A DNA stretch of 28,135 bases from Clostridia bacterium. GTDB lineage: Bacteria; Bacillota; Clostridia; CAKSNL01; HGM11501. The stretch covers positions 1 to 28,135 of the forward strand of contig JAZQAZ010000012.1 in the NCBI GenBank assembly GCA_045545475.1, given 5' to 3'. Positions 18,460-27,054 of this stretch are shown piece after piece. The notes beneath the pieces were generated by a model. It was not told the origin of the DNA. It worked only from the letters and a program-made list of their open reading frames with translations, and did not search any database. The translations under genes and the position numbers were made by a program. The stretch's first letter is position 1. Each line of letters begins with the position of its first letter.

Positions 18460-19479
18460 ATGTTTTTTTCTGTAATAGTTCCTGTATATAAAGTCGAAGA
18501 ATACCTTCCTGGTTGCATAGAAAGCGTTTTGGGACAAACCTTTTCCGACTTCGAGCTCATATTGGTGGATGACGGATCTCCCGACAACTGTCCTTCAATC
18601 TGCGACAGCTACGCCGAAAAGGATGCCCGTATAAAAGTAGTTCATAAAGAGAATGGCGGCCTTGCCTCTGCAAGAAGAGCAGGGATAAGGGTTGCAACAG
18701 GAGATTATGTCTTTAACTTAGATTCCGATGACCTTATCGAAAAGGACACTTTGGAATGTGCATATGAAATAATAAAAGAATCTTCCCCTGAAATTGTTTC
18801 CTTTGCATACAAATGGGTTAAAAGCTCTACCACCGTATGCATCACGGATGATACCCTTAAAGAAGGACTTTATTCGGAAAGCGATATTAAAAGCCACCTT
18901 TTCCCGAAGCTTTTAATGGATAAAAATATGAATCATGTTTCATATTATCTTTCCGGAAAGGCCGTTAAACGGGACTTTATTACTCCCCTGCAGCTTAACG
19001 TAAGTGAAAAAATTTCTTTAGGCGAGGATTTATGCTGCGTTTTTCCCGCATATCTTCATGCTAAAAGCGTTTACATAAGCAAAAAAGCGGCTTATTTATA
19101 TAATGTAAGGGAAGGCTCCCTTTCAAAGGCCTTTAACACAAAACAGATTTTCCTTATTGAGGATGTTATTAATGAATTAAGCAAAAATGATACAGAAAAA
19201 ATAATTGATTTTGAAGAACAGCTATGTCGCTATTCCTGCTTCATGTGCTTTACCGTCCTTGCCTCCGCAGCGGAGGGCAATTACAAAGAAAGCTTAAAGG
19301 CAATTAAAGAAAACATTAAAAATTCAATGCACGAAGAAAAAATCCGACAGGCAAGCTTTGGAAAAATATCTCCAAAAAGCAAAATATCTGTATTTCTTAT
19401 GAAAAAGGATTTATATAAAACAGCATTTTATTTCCTTAATTTCTGTAAACGATTAAAGACTATTTTGAAGAAAGGTTGA
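18460..19479 (+). CDS. GT2 glycosyltransferase
   Basis: FSVIVPVY, LVDDGSPD, NLDSDD, GED. ATG 18460 after AAGGTG (alternative start 18451). Confidence 0.92.
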   Translation: MFFSVIVPVYKVEEYLPGCIESVLGQTFSDFELILVDDGSPDNCPSICDSYAEKDARIKVVHKENGGLASARRAGIRVATGDYVFNLDSDDLIEKDTLECAYEIIKESSPEIVSFAYKWVKSSTTVCITDDTLKEGLYSESDIKSHLFPKLLMDKNMNHVSYYLSGKAVKRDFITPLQLNVSEKISLGEDLCCVFPAYLHAKSVYISKKAAYLYNVREGSLSKAFNTKQIFLIEDVINELSKNDTEKIIDFEEQLCRYSCFMCFTVLASAAEGNYKESLKAIKENIKNSMHEEKIRQASFGKISPKSKISVFLMKKDLYKTAFYFLNFCKRLKTILKKG

Positions 19480-19485
19480 AAACCT

Positions 19486-20550
19486 ATGAAGCCTGATATC
19501 TCTGTAATAATGAGTGTATATAACGGTGAGGCATACCTTGCCGAAGCAATAGAAAGTATCATAAATCAGACATATAAAAACTGGGAACTTATTGTGATAA
19601 ACGACTGCTCTAATGATTCCACTTATGATATTCTTTCTGATTTTGCAAAAAGAGACGAACGAATTAAAGTTCATAGCAACGAAGTTAACTTAAAGCTCCC
19701 CGCATCCTTAAATAAAGCAATTTCTCTTTCTTCAGGCAAATATATTGCCAGAATGGATGCAGACGACATCTCTCTTCCGGAAAGATTGGAAAAGCAATAT
19801 AAATTCATGGAGGAAAACAGCAATATTTCACTGTCCTCCTGCAGGTTTATGACCATGAAGAACGGAGTTTTTGCATCAGGCGGTGCCGGAGGAAGATGCG
19901 ACAATGATGCTATAAGGGCAATGCTCCTTGTTTCAAACCCAATTCTTCATCCCGGAGTTTTTGCAAAAGCTGAGGTTATGAAGAAATTTAATTATGACAC
20001 TTCTCTGACCTGCACAGAAGATCTGGAACTCTGGACCAGAATGGCAATGGCAGGCGAAAAAATGGAAATTCTCCCCGAGTGTCTTTTATTATACCGACTC
20101 CACGATAAGCAAATTACAAGCACAACTCTGGAAAGACAGCATACAGAAGTTCTTAAAATCCAGCAAAAATACTACGGTGCTCTGGCTGAGGAAATGGATC
20201 CCGACACAAAGGAATTTTACATAAGCGGCATATATTTCAAGGAAAAAACCGACACAGATAAGTATTTAGCTTATGCTTCATGGCTTAAGAATGTCACCGG
20301 CAAAAGCTTTGACAAAGAAACTATAAGCTATGCACTTTTAGAAATTCTTGCAGAATACAAAAGATGCGGCAAACCCAAATCTGAAATTATCAGGGCAATG
20401 CTTAAGGAAAATCCCTTCCTTCTTATTAAGGAAATTATAAGAAGAAAAAAAGCCGCAAAATGCGACATTGAAAAGTGCATGAAAGCAGCTCATGACCTTG
20501 GACTTTCCCGGACAGCGGGAACAAAGGAGTTTCCTATCTTTGAAAAATAG
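19486..20550 (+). CDS. GT2 glycosyltransferase
   Basis: ISVIMSVYN, INDCSND, RMDADD, TEDLELW. Confidence 0.92.
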   Translation: MKPDISVIMSVYNGEAYLAEAIESIINQTYKNWELIVINDCSNDSTYDILSDFAKRDERIKVHSNEVNLKLPASLNKAISLSSGKYIARMDADDISLPERLEKQYKFMEENSNISLSSCRFMTMKNGVFASGGAGGRCDNDAIRAMLLVSNPILHPGVFAKAEVMKKFNYDTSLTCTEDLELWTRMAMAGEKMEILPECLLLYRLHDKQITSTTLERQHTEVLKIQQKYYGALAEEMDPDTKEFYISGIYFKEKTDTDKYLAYASWLKNVTGKSFDKETISYALLEILAEYKRCGKPKSEIIRAMLKENPFLLIKEIIRRKKAAKCDIEKCMKAAHDLGLSRTAGTKEFPIFEK

Positions 20551-20569
20551 ATGGCAGGAGTAAGACAAA

Positions 20570-21937
20570 ATGAATTTTTTTGAATATCCTTATGTTATTA
20601 TAACGATTCTTGCAATGTTTTTCTTTGCTCTCGGATTGTTTGGTCTGTACTTTACCATGAAGTCAGTGATGACGTCACGAGGCTCGACAAAAAAAAGCTT
20701 TTGCAGTATCGGTAAAATAGAAAATGATTTTGAAAAGGCAACTTCCCTGGGAAAAAACTGTACTCTCATTTACATTTCCACATCCCTTGACAGTGCTGAA
20801 AGGCTTTATTCGGAATCAAGGGCACGAAGAATACACGAACAAATTAAAAATATTCTTTTCAGCCACCTGTGCCTTACCGTAAACGGTGAGCTTTCCCTTT
20901 ACGGAAGCGAAAGCTTCATCGCCTTTAACAGCTTAAGTCCCCAGAAATTAAACGTACGCATCGAAGAATGTTTTGAAGAAATCAATAAAGCTTTTGCAAA
21001 GCACGGTGCTGTTAATATCGTCAGCATACATTTCGGATATATAGTAACCGGCTCAGCAGAAGTATCTTTCAAAACGGCTCTGGGAAGAGCAAAGCAATCC
21101 TGCAGCATAGCAGAAGACAAAGATGTTCTTTATCACCGGTGGGACAGTGCAAACGGAAAAGAATTTGAAAGAAAAATCAAGATTGAAAACAACATACAAA
21201 ATGAAATTGACAACAACAGATTTTTCCTTGAATATCAGCCCATATTGGATGCCGGAACAGAAAAAATTATCGGGGCGGAAGTTTTATCCCGTCTTAATTC
21301 CGAAACAGAAGGTGTTCTCACCCCCTACTTTTTCCTTTCTGCGGTAAATAATGTGGGACTGAACGAGAAATTTGACTACTATATTTTTGAAAAAAACTGT
21401 AAATGGATTGCAAGCGACAAGGAAAAGCGTTCAAAATATGTTTATACGATAAACTTTTCCCGAAACACTCTTTGCGATGAAAACCTTTCAGAAAATATAA
21501 TAAACATAGTTGACAAATACGGCATAGACTATTCCTGCATCGCCGTTGAAATACTGGAGGACAAGGACCTTTCCGACAACGAAAAAACCGTAATGGTGAA
21601 TAATTTAACCCAACTTAAGAAAAAGGGGGTTTTAATCCTTCTTGATGATTTCGGCAAAGGCTATACAGGGTTCGGCGACCTTAACGATTTTGATATAAGC
21701 ATCGTAAAAATTGATAAAGACATAACTCAAAATGCAATAACCGAAACCGGATTTGTAATCCTAAAAAACATTATCAGAACCGCTCATGATCTTGGTTTTA
21801 AGACACTGTGCGAAGGAATAGAAACTAAAGAGCACAAAAACATTGTAATAAAGGCCGGATGCGATATGTTCCAGGGCTATTACTTCTATCGCCCGATGCC
21901 GGTCACTCAATTGGAAACATTGTTCTTGGAAAAGTAA
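20570..21937 (+). CDS. Membrane-anchored degenerate-GGDEF/EAL c-di-GMP phosphodiesterase
   Basis: N-terminal TM; eroded GGDEF fold (LYGSESF); EAL motifs YQP, EVLSR, INFS, EILE, DDFGKGY, KID, EGIE, QGY. Confidence 0.88.
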   Translation: MNFFEYPYVIITILAMFFFALGLFGLYFTMKSVMTSRGSTKKSFCSIGKIENDFEKATSLGKNCTLIYISTSLDSAERLYSESRARRIHEQIKNILFSHLCLTVNGELSLYGSESFIAFNSLSPQKLNVRIEECFEEINKAFAKHGAVNIVSIHFGYIVTGSAEVSFKTALGRAKQSCSIAEDKDVLYHRWDSANGKEFERKIKIENNIQNEIDNNRFFLEYQPILDAGTEKIIGAEVLSRLNSETEGVLTPYFFLSAVNNVGLNEKFDYYIFEKNCKWIASDKEKRSKYVYTINFSRNTLCDENLSENIINIVDKYGIDYSCIAVEILEDKDLSDNEKTVMVNNLTQLKKKGVLILLDDFGKGYTGFGDLNDFDISIVKIDKDITQNAITETGFVILKNIIRTAHDLGFKTLCEGIETKEHKNIVIKAGCDMFQGYYFYRPMPVTQLETLFLEK

Positions 21938-21946
21938 GGTGATTTT

Positions 21947-22879
21947 ATGTTATCCGTAATCATTCCCGCCTACAACGAAGAAAAGTGCATAAAGCTTGTA
22001 CACTCTGCAATACACTCTCTTCTTACGGCAAATAACATTGAAAGTGAATTTATCTTTATAGATGACGGCTCCGGTGATGAAACCTATAAAATGATAACTG
22101 AGCTTTCAGAAGAGAAAGAGAATGTGACAGGTCTGCACTTTTCCCGAAATTTCGGAAAAGAAGCCGCAATATCCGCAGGCCTTTCTGCCGCATGCGGAGA
22201 CTGTGCCGTCGTAATAGATGCCGATCTCCAGCATCCGCCGGAGAAAATCGTTGAAATGTATCGCCTGTGGGAGCAAGGTGCAGAAATAGTAGAAGGAATA
22301 AAAAACGAACGAGGCCGGGAAGGTAAACTAAAAAGCTTCGGTGCCGGAATTTTCTACTCCGCGATAAGCCGTATGGCAGGCTTCGATATGGCCAATTCTT
22401 CGGACTTTAAGCTTCTGGACAGAAAAGTTATCGATGTGCTTAACAAAATGCCTGAGAGAGGCTTTTTCAGGGCAATATCCTACTGGGTGGGATATAATAA
22501 GGGAACAGTTTATTATGATGTGGCAGAGCGTGTTGAAGGGGAATCCAAATGGTCAACCAAAGGGCTTTTTAAATACGCCCTTTCAAACATCACCTCCTAT
22601 TCCACCGCCCCTATGCAGATAGTAACGTTTCTTGGCTTTGTAATGCTTGCAATCTCGGTAATTTTCGGTGTCTGGGCACTTATCGATAAAATTATCGGCA
22701 GAGCACTGGAAGGCATGACAACGGTAATAATAATTACCATCTTTATAGGTAGCATCATAATGATAAGCCTTGGAATAATAGGCTACTACATCGCCCGCAT
22801 CTACGAAGAGATAAAAGGAAGGCCGAAGTACATAATTTCTTCCACGGTAAAGAGCGTGGAAAAATCAGATAAACTTTAA
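21947..22879 (+). CDS. gtrB: GtrB-like polyprenyl-phosphate glycosyltransferase (GT2 with 2 C-terminal TMs)
   Basis: IPAYNEE, DDGS, FSRNFGKEAA, DADLQHPP, two TMs, IYEEIKGRPKY. Confidence 0.9.
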   Translation: MLSVIIPAYNEEKCIKLVHSAIHSLLTANNIESEFIFIDDGSGDETYKMITELSEEKENVTGLHFSRNFGKEAAISAGLSAACGDCAVVIDADLQHPPEKIVEMYRLWEQGAEIVEGIKNERGREGKLKSFGAGIFYSAISRMAGFDMANSSDFKLLDRKVIDVLNKMPERGFFRAISYWVGYNKGTVYYDVAERVEGESKWSTKGLFKYALSNITSYSTAPMQIVTFLGFVMLAISVIFGVWALIDKIIGRALEGMTTVIIITIFIGSIIMISLGIIGYYIARIYEEIKGRPKYIISSTVKSVEKSDKL

Positions 22880-22913
22880 GGGAAATAAAAATATACAAGG
22901 AGGAGTACAGAAA

Positions 22914-23843
22914 ATGGAAAAGATAATAATGATTATAGCCATATCTGCATTTTTTGTTCAATCAATATTTCTGGCAACACTGTTTTTCCGCATAAAGAAA
23001 ATCGAAAAAAACAGGGCAACGGCTGCTTTGGAGACAGAAAAGAAGAATGTTGCCCGCGATGTGGAAACGGCAAAGGCTACCGAAAGCATCTTAGAGGGCA
23101 TTAAAAATAACGAGTTTAAGATGTATCTTCAGTTTGTGGTTGATAACAAGACCAAAAGGCTTGTTTCGGCAGAAGCTCTTTCAAGATGGGATAAGCCGGA
23201 AGAAGGAGTAAAAGGCCCCGGTTTTTATATCGCTCATATGGAAAAGACCGGCCTTATCAGCAAGCATGACTTTTATATGTTTGAGCTTGCCTGCCGTCAG
23301 CTGGAAAAGTGGAAAGGCACCGAATATGAGGATATTTCCATTTCCTGCAACTTCACAAGAATAACCCTTTCTGAAGAAGATTGCATTGATAAGCTAAAAA
23401 AGATTATGGACTCATATGATTTCGATAAATCCAAGCTGGCAATCGAAATAACGGAGGATGCCATAGAAAAGGATATGGAAACCGCAAAGAAGAACGTAAG
23501 GCTCTGTAAAGAGCTTGGCTTCAAGATTTATCTTGACGACCTTGGAAGCGGCTATACTTCCCTTTCCAATCTTTGCGACTATCCCATTGACATAGTTAAA
23601 ATCGACCGTGATATTCTCCTTAAGACCGATACCAAACGTGGCAAAGATTTACTTTCCGGTATAATTGCACTGGCACATAATCTTGATATGCCTGTAATCT
23701 GCGAGGGCGTAGAAACGGAGGAGCAGAACACTCTTGTGTCAGACTCACACTGTGACTACATCCAGGGCTGGTACTATACAAAGGCTCTTCCCTTGGAGGA
23801 ATGCGAGGAATTTTTCAAGGTTCATCATTCAAAATACTGTTAA
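22914..23843 (+). CDS. Membrane-anchored stand-alone EAL c-di-GMP phosphodiesterase
   Basis: N-terminal TM and short helical linker; EALSR, NFT, EITE, DDLGSGY, KIDR, EGVE, QGW; AGGAGG RBS. Confidence 0.9.
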   Translation: MEKIIMIIAISAFFVQSIFLATLFFRIKKIEKNRATAALETEKKNVARDVETAKATESILEGIKNNEFKMYLQFVVDNKTKRLVSAEALSRWDKPEEGVKGPGFYIAHMEKTGLISKHDFYMFELACRQLEKWKGTEYEDISISCNFTRITLSEEDCIDKLKKIMDSYDFDKSKLAIEITEDAIEKDMETAKKNVRLCKELGFKIYLDDLGSGYTSLSNLCDYPIDIVKIDRDILLKTDTKRGKDLLSGIIALAHNLDMPVICEGVETEEQNTLVSDSHCDYIQGWYYTKALPLEECEEFFKVHHSKYC

Positions 23844-23856
23844 AAGTATTTTCCAA

Positions 23857-23906
23857 TACAAAAAAAGCACTCCCACTTAATTTCAATAGGGAGTGTTCTT
23901 TTTGTA
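23857..23906. terminator. Intrinsic terminator, probably bidirectional
   Basis: TACAAAAAAA-GCACTCCC-14 nt-GGGAGTGT-TCTTTTTGTA, with flanking A and T tracts, just after the last operon gene and between convergent operons. Confidence 0.8.
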
Positions 23907-23917
23907 TAAAATCCATC

Positions 23918-24206
23918 CAATTGACGGGGGCCCGCATAGCTGAAGACGCCCAATTGACGGGGCCCGCACAGCTGAAGACGCCCAATTGACGGGGCCCGCA
24001 CAGCCGAAGACGCTCAATTGACGGGGGCCCGCATAGCTGAAGACGCCCAATTGACGAGGGCCCGCATAGCCGAAGACGCTCAATTGACGGGGGCCCGCAT
24101 AGCTGAAGACGCCCAATTGACGGGGGCCCGCACAGCTGAAGACTCCCAATTGACGGGGGCCCGCATAGCTGAAGACGCTCAATTGACGGGGGCCCGCATA
24201 GCCGAA
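23918..24206. repeat. Tandem repeat (minisatellite): 8 full units and 1 partial unit of 33 bp, two of them 32 bp
   Basis: Consensus CAATTGACGGGGGCCCGCAYAGCYGAAGACGCY; unit starts at 23918, 23951, 23983, 24015, 24048, 24081, 24114, 24147 and 24180; no spacers. Confidence 0.97.
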
Positions 24207-24262
24207 CTGTGTCCAAAAACCTGCACCCATCATAGGTAACAAGTTATTTCCTCGGACTAATC

Positions 24263-25351
24263 CTATATATTTCTCTCAACCTGACTTATGCAGTTTATCT
24301 CAAATTCGTAATCAGGATTTTTAATATCATCCTCGGTAAAGGACGTAAACAGAATTTTGCCGTTAGGTAATCTCTCTTTGTCGTATATAAGGTATATTCT
24401 TCCGTTATAAAAATCCACATCGGGATAGGATGTGTTCGAAGAAGAATCTAACAGACGCTTATACTTCCAGGTCTTTCCGTCATCCTCAGAAAGGTACACA
24501 GTCATATTTGTTCTTTGTTTTTTGTGGTCATTGTTAATGAGGAGCACACTTCCCGAAGGCAGCGTTGCCACAAAAAATCTTGTGTTGGGGCTGGCAATTC
24601 CTGAAGAAATCGAAGGCGTCCATGTCTCTCCGTCATCAAAGGATGTGCTTTCTGCAAGCTCTCCCGTGTATGTGCGGGCGAACATTCTAATACTGCCGTC
24701 CTTAAGCTGATATGCCATACTCTCGTCAAAAGGAGTAGGTATTTTTTCTGCTCCCTTAAGTCTTGTAAAAGTTTCTCCTTTATCGTCAGAGACAGAGTAT
24801 TCATAATTATTTGAGTCCTGGGAATAGTTAAAGAGTATCCATCTTCCGCTTTTGGTGCAAAGTGGCTTGCAGCGTAAAAATCCCTTATCTATGTATCTCG
24901 GCTCAGAAAATGCAGGATTTACGCTGTCGGGATTATCGCATACCATCATCCACTGGGCGTGGGTTTTATCAAGAAACATATATCCGTCGGAGTAATAACC
25001 AACCTTGCCAATCCCTGCCTCCTCTAAATTATTCTGTACCCAAAAAACAAATAATCTGCCGTCGGGCGCACACCAGAGCTGTATGTCAAGGGCCTGCACT
25101 AAATGCTCGTGACTTCCCGGTATTACGAATATCGGCTCGGACCAGGTCTTTCCGTAATCATCACTGTATTTGAGTAGATTGTAATTATCTATATGAGGCT
25201 CTCTGCTTCCTCCGGTATACCACCCTGCATATATTCTTCCGCCTTTGGTTATAGCAATAGTGGGACAGCCCTGCCACTTGCGTATGCTTTTATCAAAGCT
25301 CTCCTCAAAAGGCGGATAAAGAACCTTTGTAAATTCACTTGCATTACTCAT
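24263..25351 (-). CDS. BNR/Asp-box sialidase-like beta-propeller protein (GH33-like), no signal peptide
   Basis: Four Asp-boxes (SDDYGKTW, SDDKGETF, SFDDGETW, SEDDGKTW) and SYP. ATG 25351 after GGGGAG overlaps the upstream stop. Confidence 0.8.
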   Translation of the reverse strand: MSNASEFTKVLYPPFEESFDKSIRKWQGCPTIAITKGGRIYAGWYTGGSREPHIDNYNLLKYSDDYGKTWSEPIFVIPGSHEHLVQALDIQLWCAPDGRLFVFWVQNNLEEAGIGKVGYYSDGYMFLDKTHAQWMMVCDNPDSVNPAFSEPRYIDKGFLRCKPLCTKSGRWILFNYSQDSNNYEYSVSDDKGETFTRLKGAEKIPTPFDESMAYQLKDGSIRMFARTYTGELAESTSFDDGETWTPSISSGIASPNTRFFVATLPSGSVLLINNDHKKQRTNMTVYLSEDDGKTWKYKRLLDSSSNTSYPDVDFYNGRIYLIYDKERLPNGKILFTSFTEDDIKNPDYEFEINCISQVERNI

Positions 25352-26300
25352 ATGTTTTCTCCCCGTATTCAAATATTTTTATTATTCCGTAAGTTGTCGC
25401 ATTAGCTGAATCTTCTTCACTTACCGCAAAAACTTCTTTTCCGGAGTTTTCTTTTATAAGATACTCCATACTCTGCCGAAGCTGTTTTCTGCCACCGATT
25501 ACAACTTTTTTTGCATCGGACTTTATAATATTTTTTATCTCGCTGCACATTGCCGCACCTATAAAAAAGGAGGTGCATTCAAGAAGCGAATATCCGAAAA
25601 GGGTTTTGAGCGTCCTCACCTTGAAAAATGCCGCATTTACGCCGTTTTCACAGCAATACTCAAAGCCTTCCTGAAGTGAGGCAAAATCCAAATCGGCATA
25701 GGGGAGCATAATTATATCCTTTAAGATGGTGTTTTTTGCCACCGCCTCAATAAGCTCTCCCGTAAATTCCGTATGAAAATCGCATATTCTGCCGGCATCA
25801 TCCGTCATTATATGCTTTGAGTGGGAGCCGGGAAGCACATAAAGAGTGTTCGCTGAAAGACTCTCCGAAAGCCCCATAAGCTCCGTTTCCTCACCGCGCA
25901 TCATATCGGAAGTTGCAATCGACGTGCAGTCCGCTTTTATACCCCTCACAAATACAAAGGGTATGGGCGATATATCTTCTATTTTTGTGCGCTGCATCGT
26001 GTCGTGAAGCTTTTTTATACCGCAGGGTAAATCCGTGTGCGGAAGCTCTGACAAGCCATATTCCGATGTTATCATCCCGGAGCAAAGTATGCTGCATATA
26101 TCACCTTCGGCAATGCCGTTATTGTCAAGTAATGTTTTTATAGCAACTTTAATTTGCCTTTTGTATTCTGCATTGCCACTCACATTGTGTTTTGCTCCGA
26201 TGCTCATTTTCACGGTGCCTACAACCTTTCCTCCCAGTACCAGATTAATTCTGGTATTGGTAGTGCCCCCATCTATTGTTATGTAGTTTGCCAAAAGCAT
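25344..26300 (-). CDS. dgoK: 2-dehydro-3-deoxygalactonokinase
   Basis: IDGGTTNTR, SGMITSEYGL, DMMRGEETE, LPGSHSK, TGEL. Confidence 0.9.
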   Translation of the reverse strand: MLLANYITIDGGTTNTRINLVLGGKVVGTVKMSIGAKHNVSGNAEYKRQIKVAIKTLLDNNGIAEGDICSILCSGMITSEYGLSELPHTDLPCGIKKLHDTMQRTKIEDISPIPFVFVRGIKADCTSIATSDMMRGEETELMGLSESLSANTLYVLPGSHSKHIMTDDAGRICDFHTEFTGELIEAVAKNTILKDIIMLPYADLDFASLQEGFEYCCENGVNAAFFKVRTLKTLFGYSLLECTSFFIGAAMCSEIKNIIKSDAKKVVIGGRKQLRQSMEYLIKENSGKEVFAVSEEDSANATTYGIIKIFEYGEKTYE

Positions 26301-26950
26301 TACCCCCTCACCGCATTTACATATTTTTCAGCAAGGGCTGTGATTGCACCATAGTCAGATGATGCAAGGAGCTTTTTATCTATGATATTTGAGCCTATGC
26401 CAAAGCCGCATATACCGCATTTAAGATATGCCTTAATATTATCTAAGTCTATTCCTCCCACCGCCAGCATCTTTATGTTGCTTAAGGGGGCTTTAACGGC
26501 CTTTACGTATTCAGGTCCCATGCTTGTTACAGGGAACAGCTTGACAAAATCCGCCCCGCAGTTCAGAGCCTTCTGTATCTCCGTGGGAGTAAGTGCACCG
26601 GGGATAGATACTACACCATGCTCTACAGTGGCTTTAATTACAGCTTCGTTTGTATCGGGAGATATAATAAACTCACCACCGGCCTTATAGGTAAGCTCCA
26701 CCTTTTTTGTGTCCGTCACCGTTCCGGCACCGATGTGCATAGTATCGCCAAAGTGTTCTTTAAGCACAGCTATGTTTTTCGCTGTACGGCTATCTTCAAC
26801 CTTTCCGCTGCTATCATAGGTAAGCTCTGCAAGCCGCACTCCGCCATCGTACATAGCCTTTACAAGAGGCAAAAGCTTATTTTCCTCTACGCCTCGGATT
26901 ATTACAATCAGTTTGTTTTCAAGTATGCTTTTTATAACATCATTTTTCAT
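26300..26950 (-). CDS. KDPG/KDPGal (2-keto-3-deoxy-6-phospho-aldonate) aldolase, Eda/DgoA family
   Basis: IVIIRG, IGAGTV, IISP, PGALTPTEI, VKLFP, AVGGI; coupled to dgoK by TAATG. Confidence 0.92.
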   Translation of the reverse strand: MKNDVIKSILENKLIVIIRGVEENKLLPLVKAMYDGGVRLAELTYDSSGKVEDSRTAKNIAVLKEHFGDTMHIGAGTVTDTKKVELTYKAGGEFIISPDTNEAVIKATVEHGVVSIPGALTPTEIQKALNCGADFVKLFPVTSMGPEYVKAVKAPLSNIKMLAVGGIDLDNIKAYLKCGICGFGIGSNIIDKKLLASSDYGAITALAEKYVNAVRG

Positions 26951-26969
26951 ATTTTTCGCCTCAATGTTG

Positions 26970-26998
26970 ATGATATCACATTAAAAAAGAAATGTAAA
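26970..26998 (-). promoter_or_regulatory. sigmaA-type promoter of the aldolase-dgoK-BNR operon
   Basis: Minus strand TTTACA (26998-26993), 17-bp spacer, TGa-TATCAT (-10 hexamer 26975-26970), then GAGG RBS. Confidence 0.55.
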
Positions 26999-27019
26999 TT
27001 GCACTTTCGGTAAAAAATA

Positions 27020-27048
27020 TTGCCAAACCTGCAAATATGTGCTATGAT
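27020..27048 (+). promoter_or_regulatory. sigmaA-type promoter of the AraC gene
   Basis: TTGCCA (27020-27025), 17-bp spacer, TGc-TATGAT (-10 hexamer 27043-27048). Confidence 0.6.
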
Positions 27049-27054
27049 ATATTT

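Noticed and set aside
605-23843. Gram-positive pel, Listeria pss or cellulose-type synthase operon
   Set aside because: There is no multi-TM processive synthase or PelF/PelG/PelA set. A priming transferase, Wzx and Wzy point to lipid-linked repeat-unit assembly.
23918-24206. CRISPR array (33-bp repeat length)
   Set aside because: Units are head-to-tail with no unique spacers, and there are no cas genes in the window.
23801-24242. ORFs with 11-aa repeats (LTGARIAEDAQ, CGPPSIGRLQL, GPRQLGVFSYA)
   Set aside because: By-products of a 33-bp repeat. The two 32-bp units shift the frame, no convincing RBS is present, and some ORFs cross the terminator.
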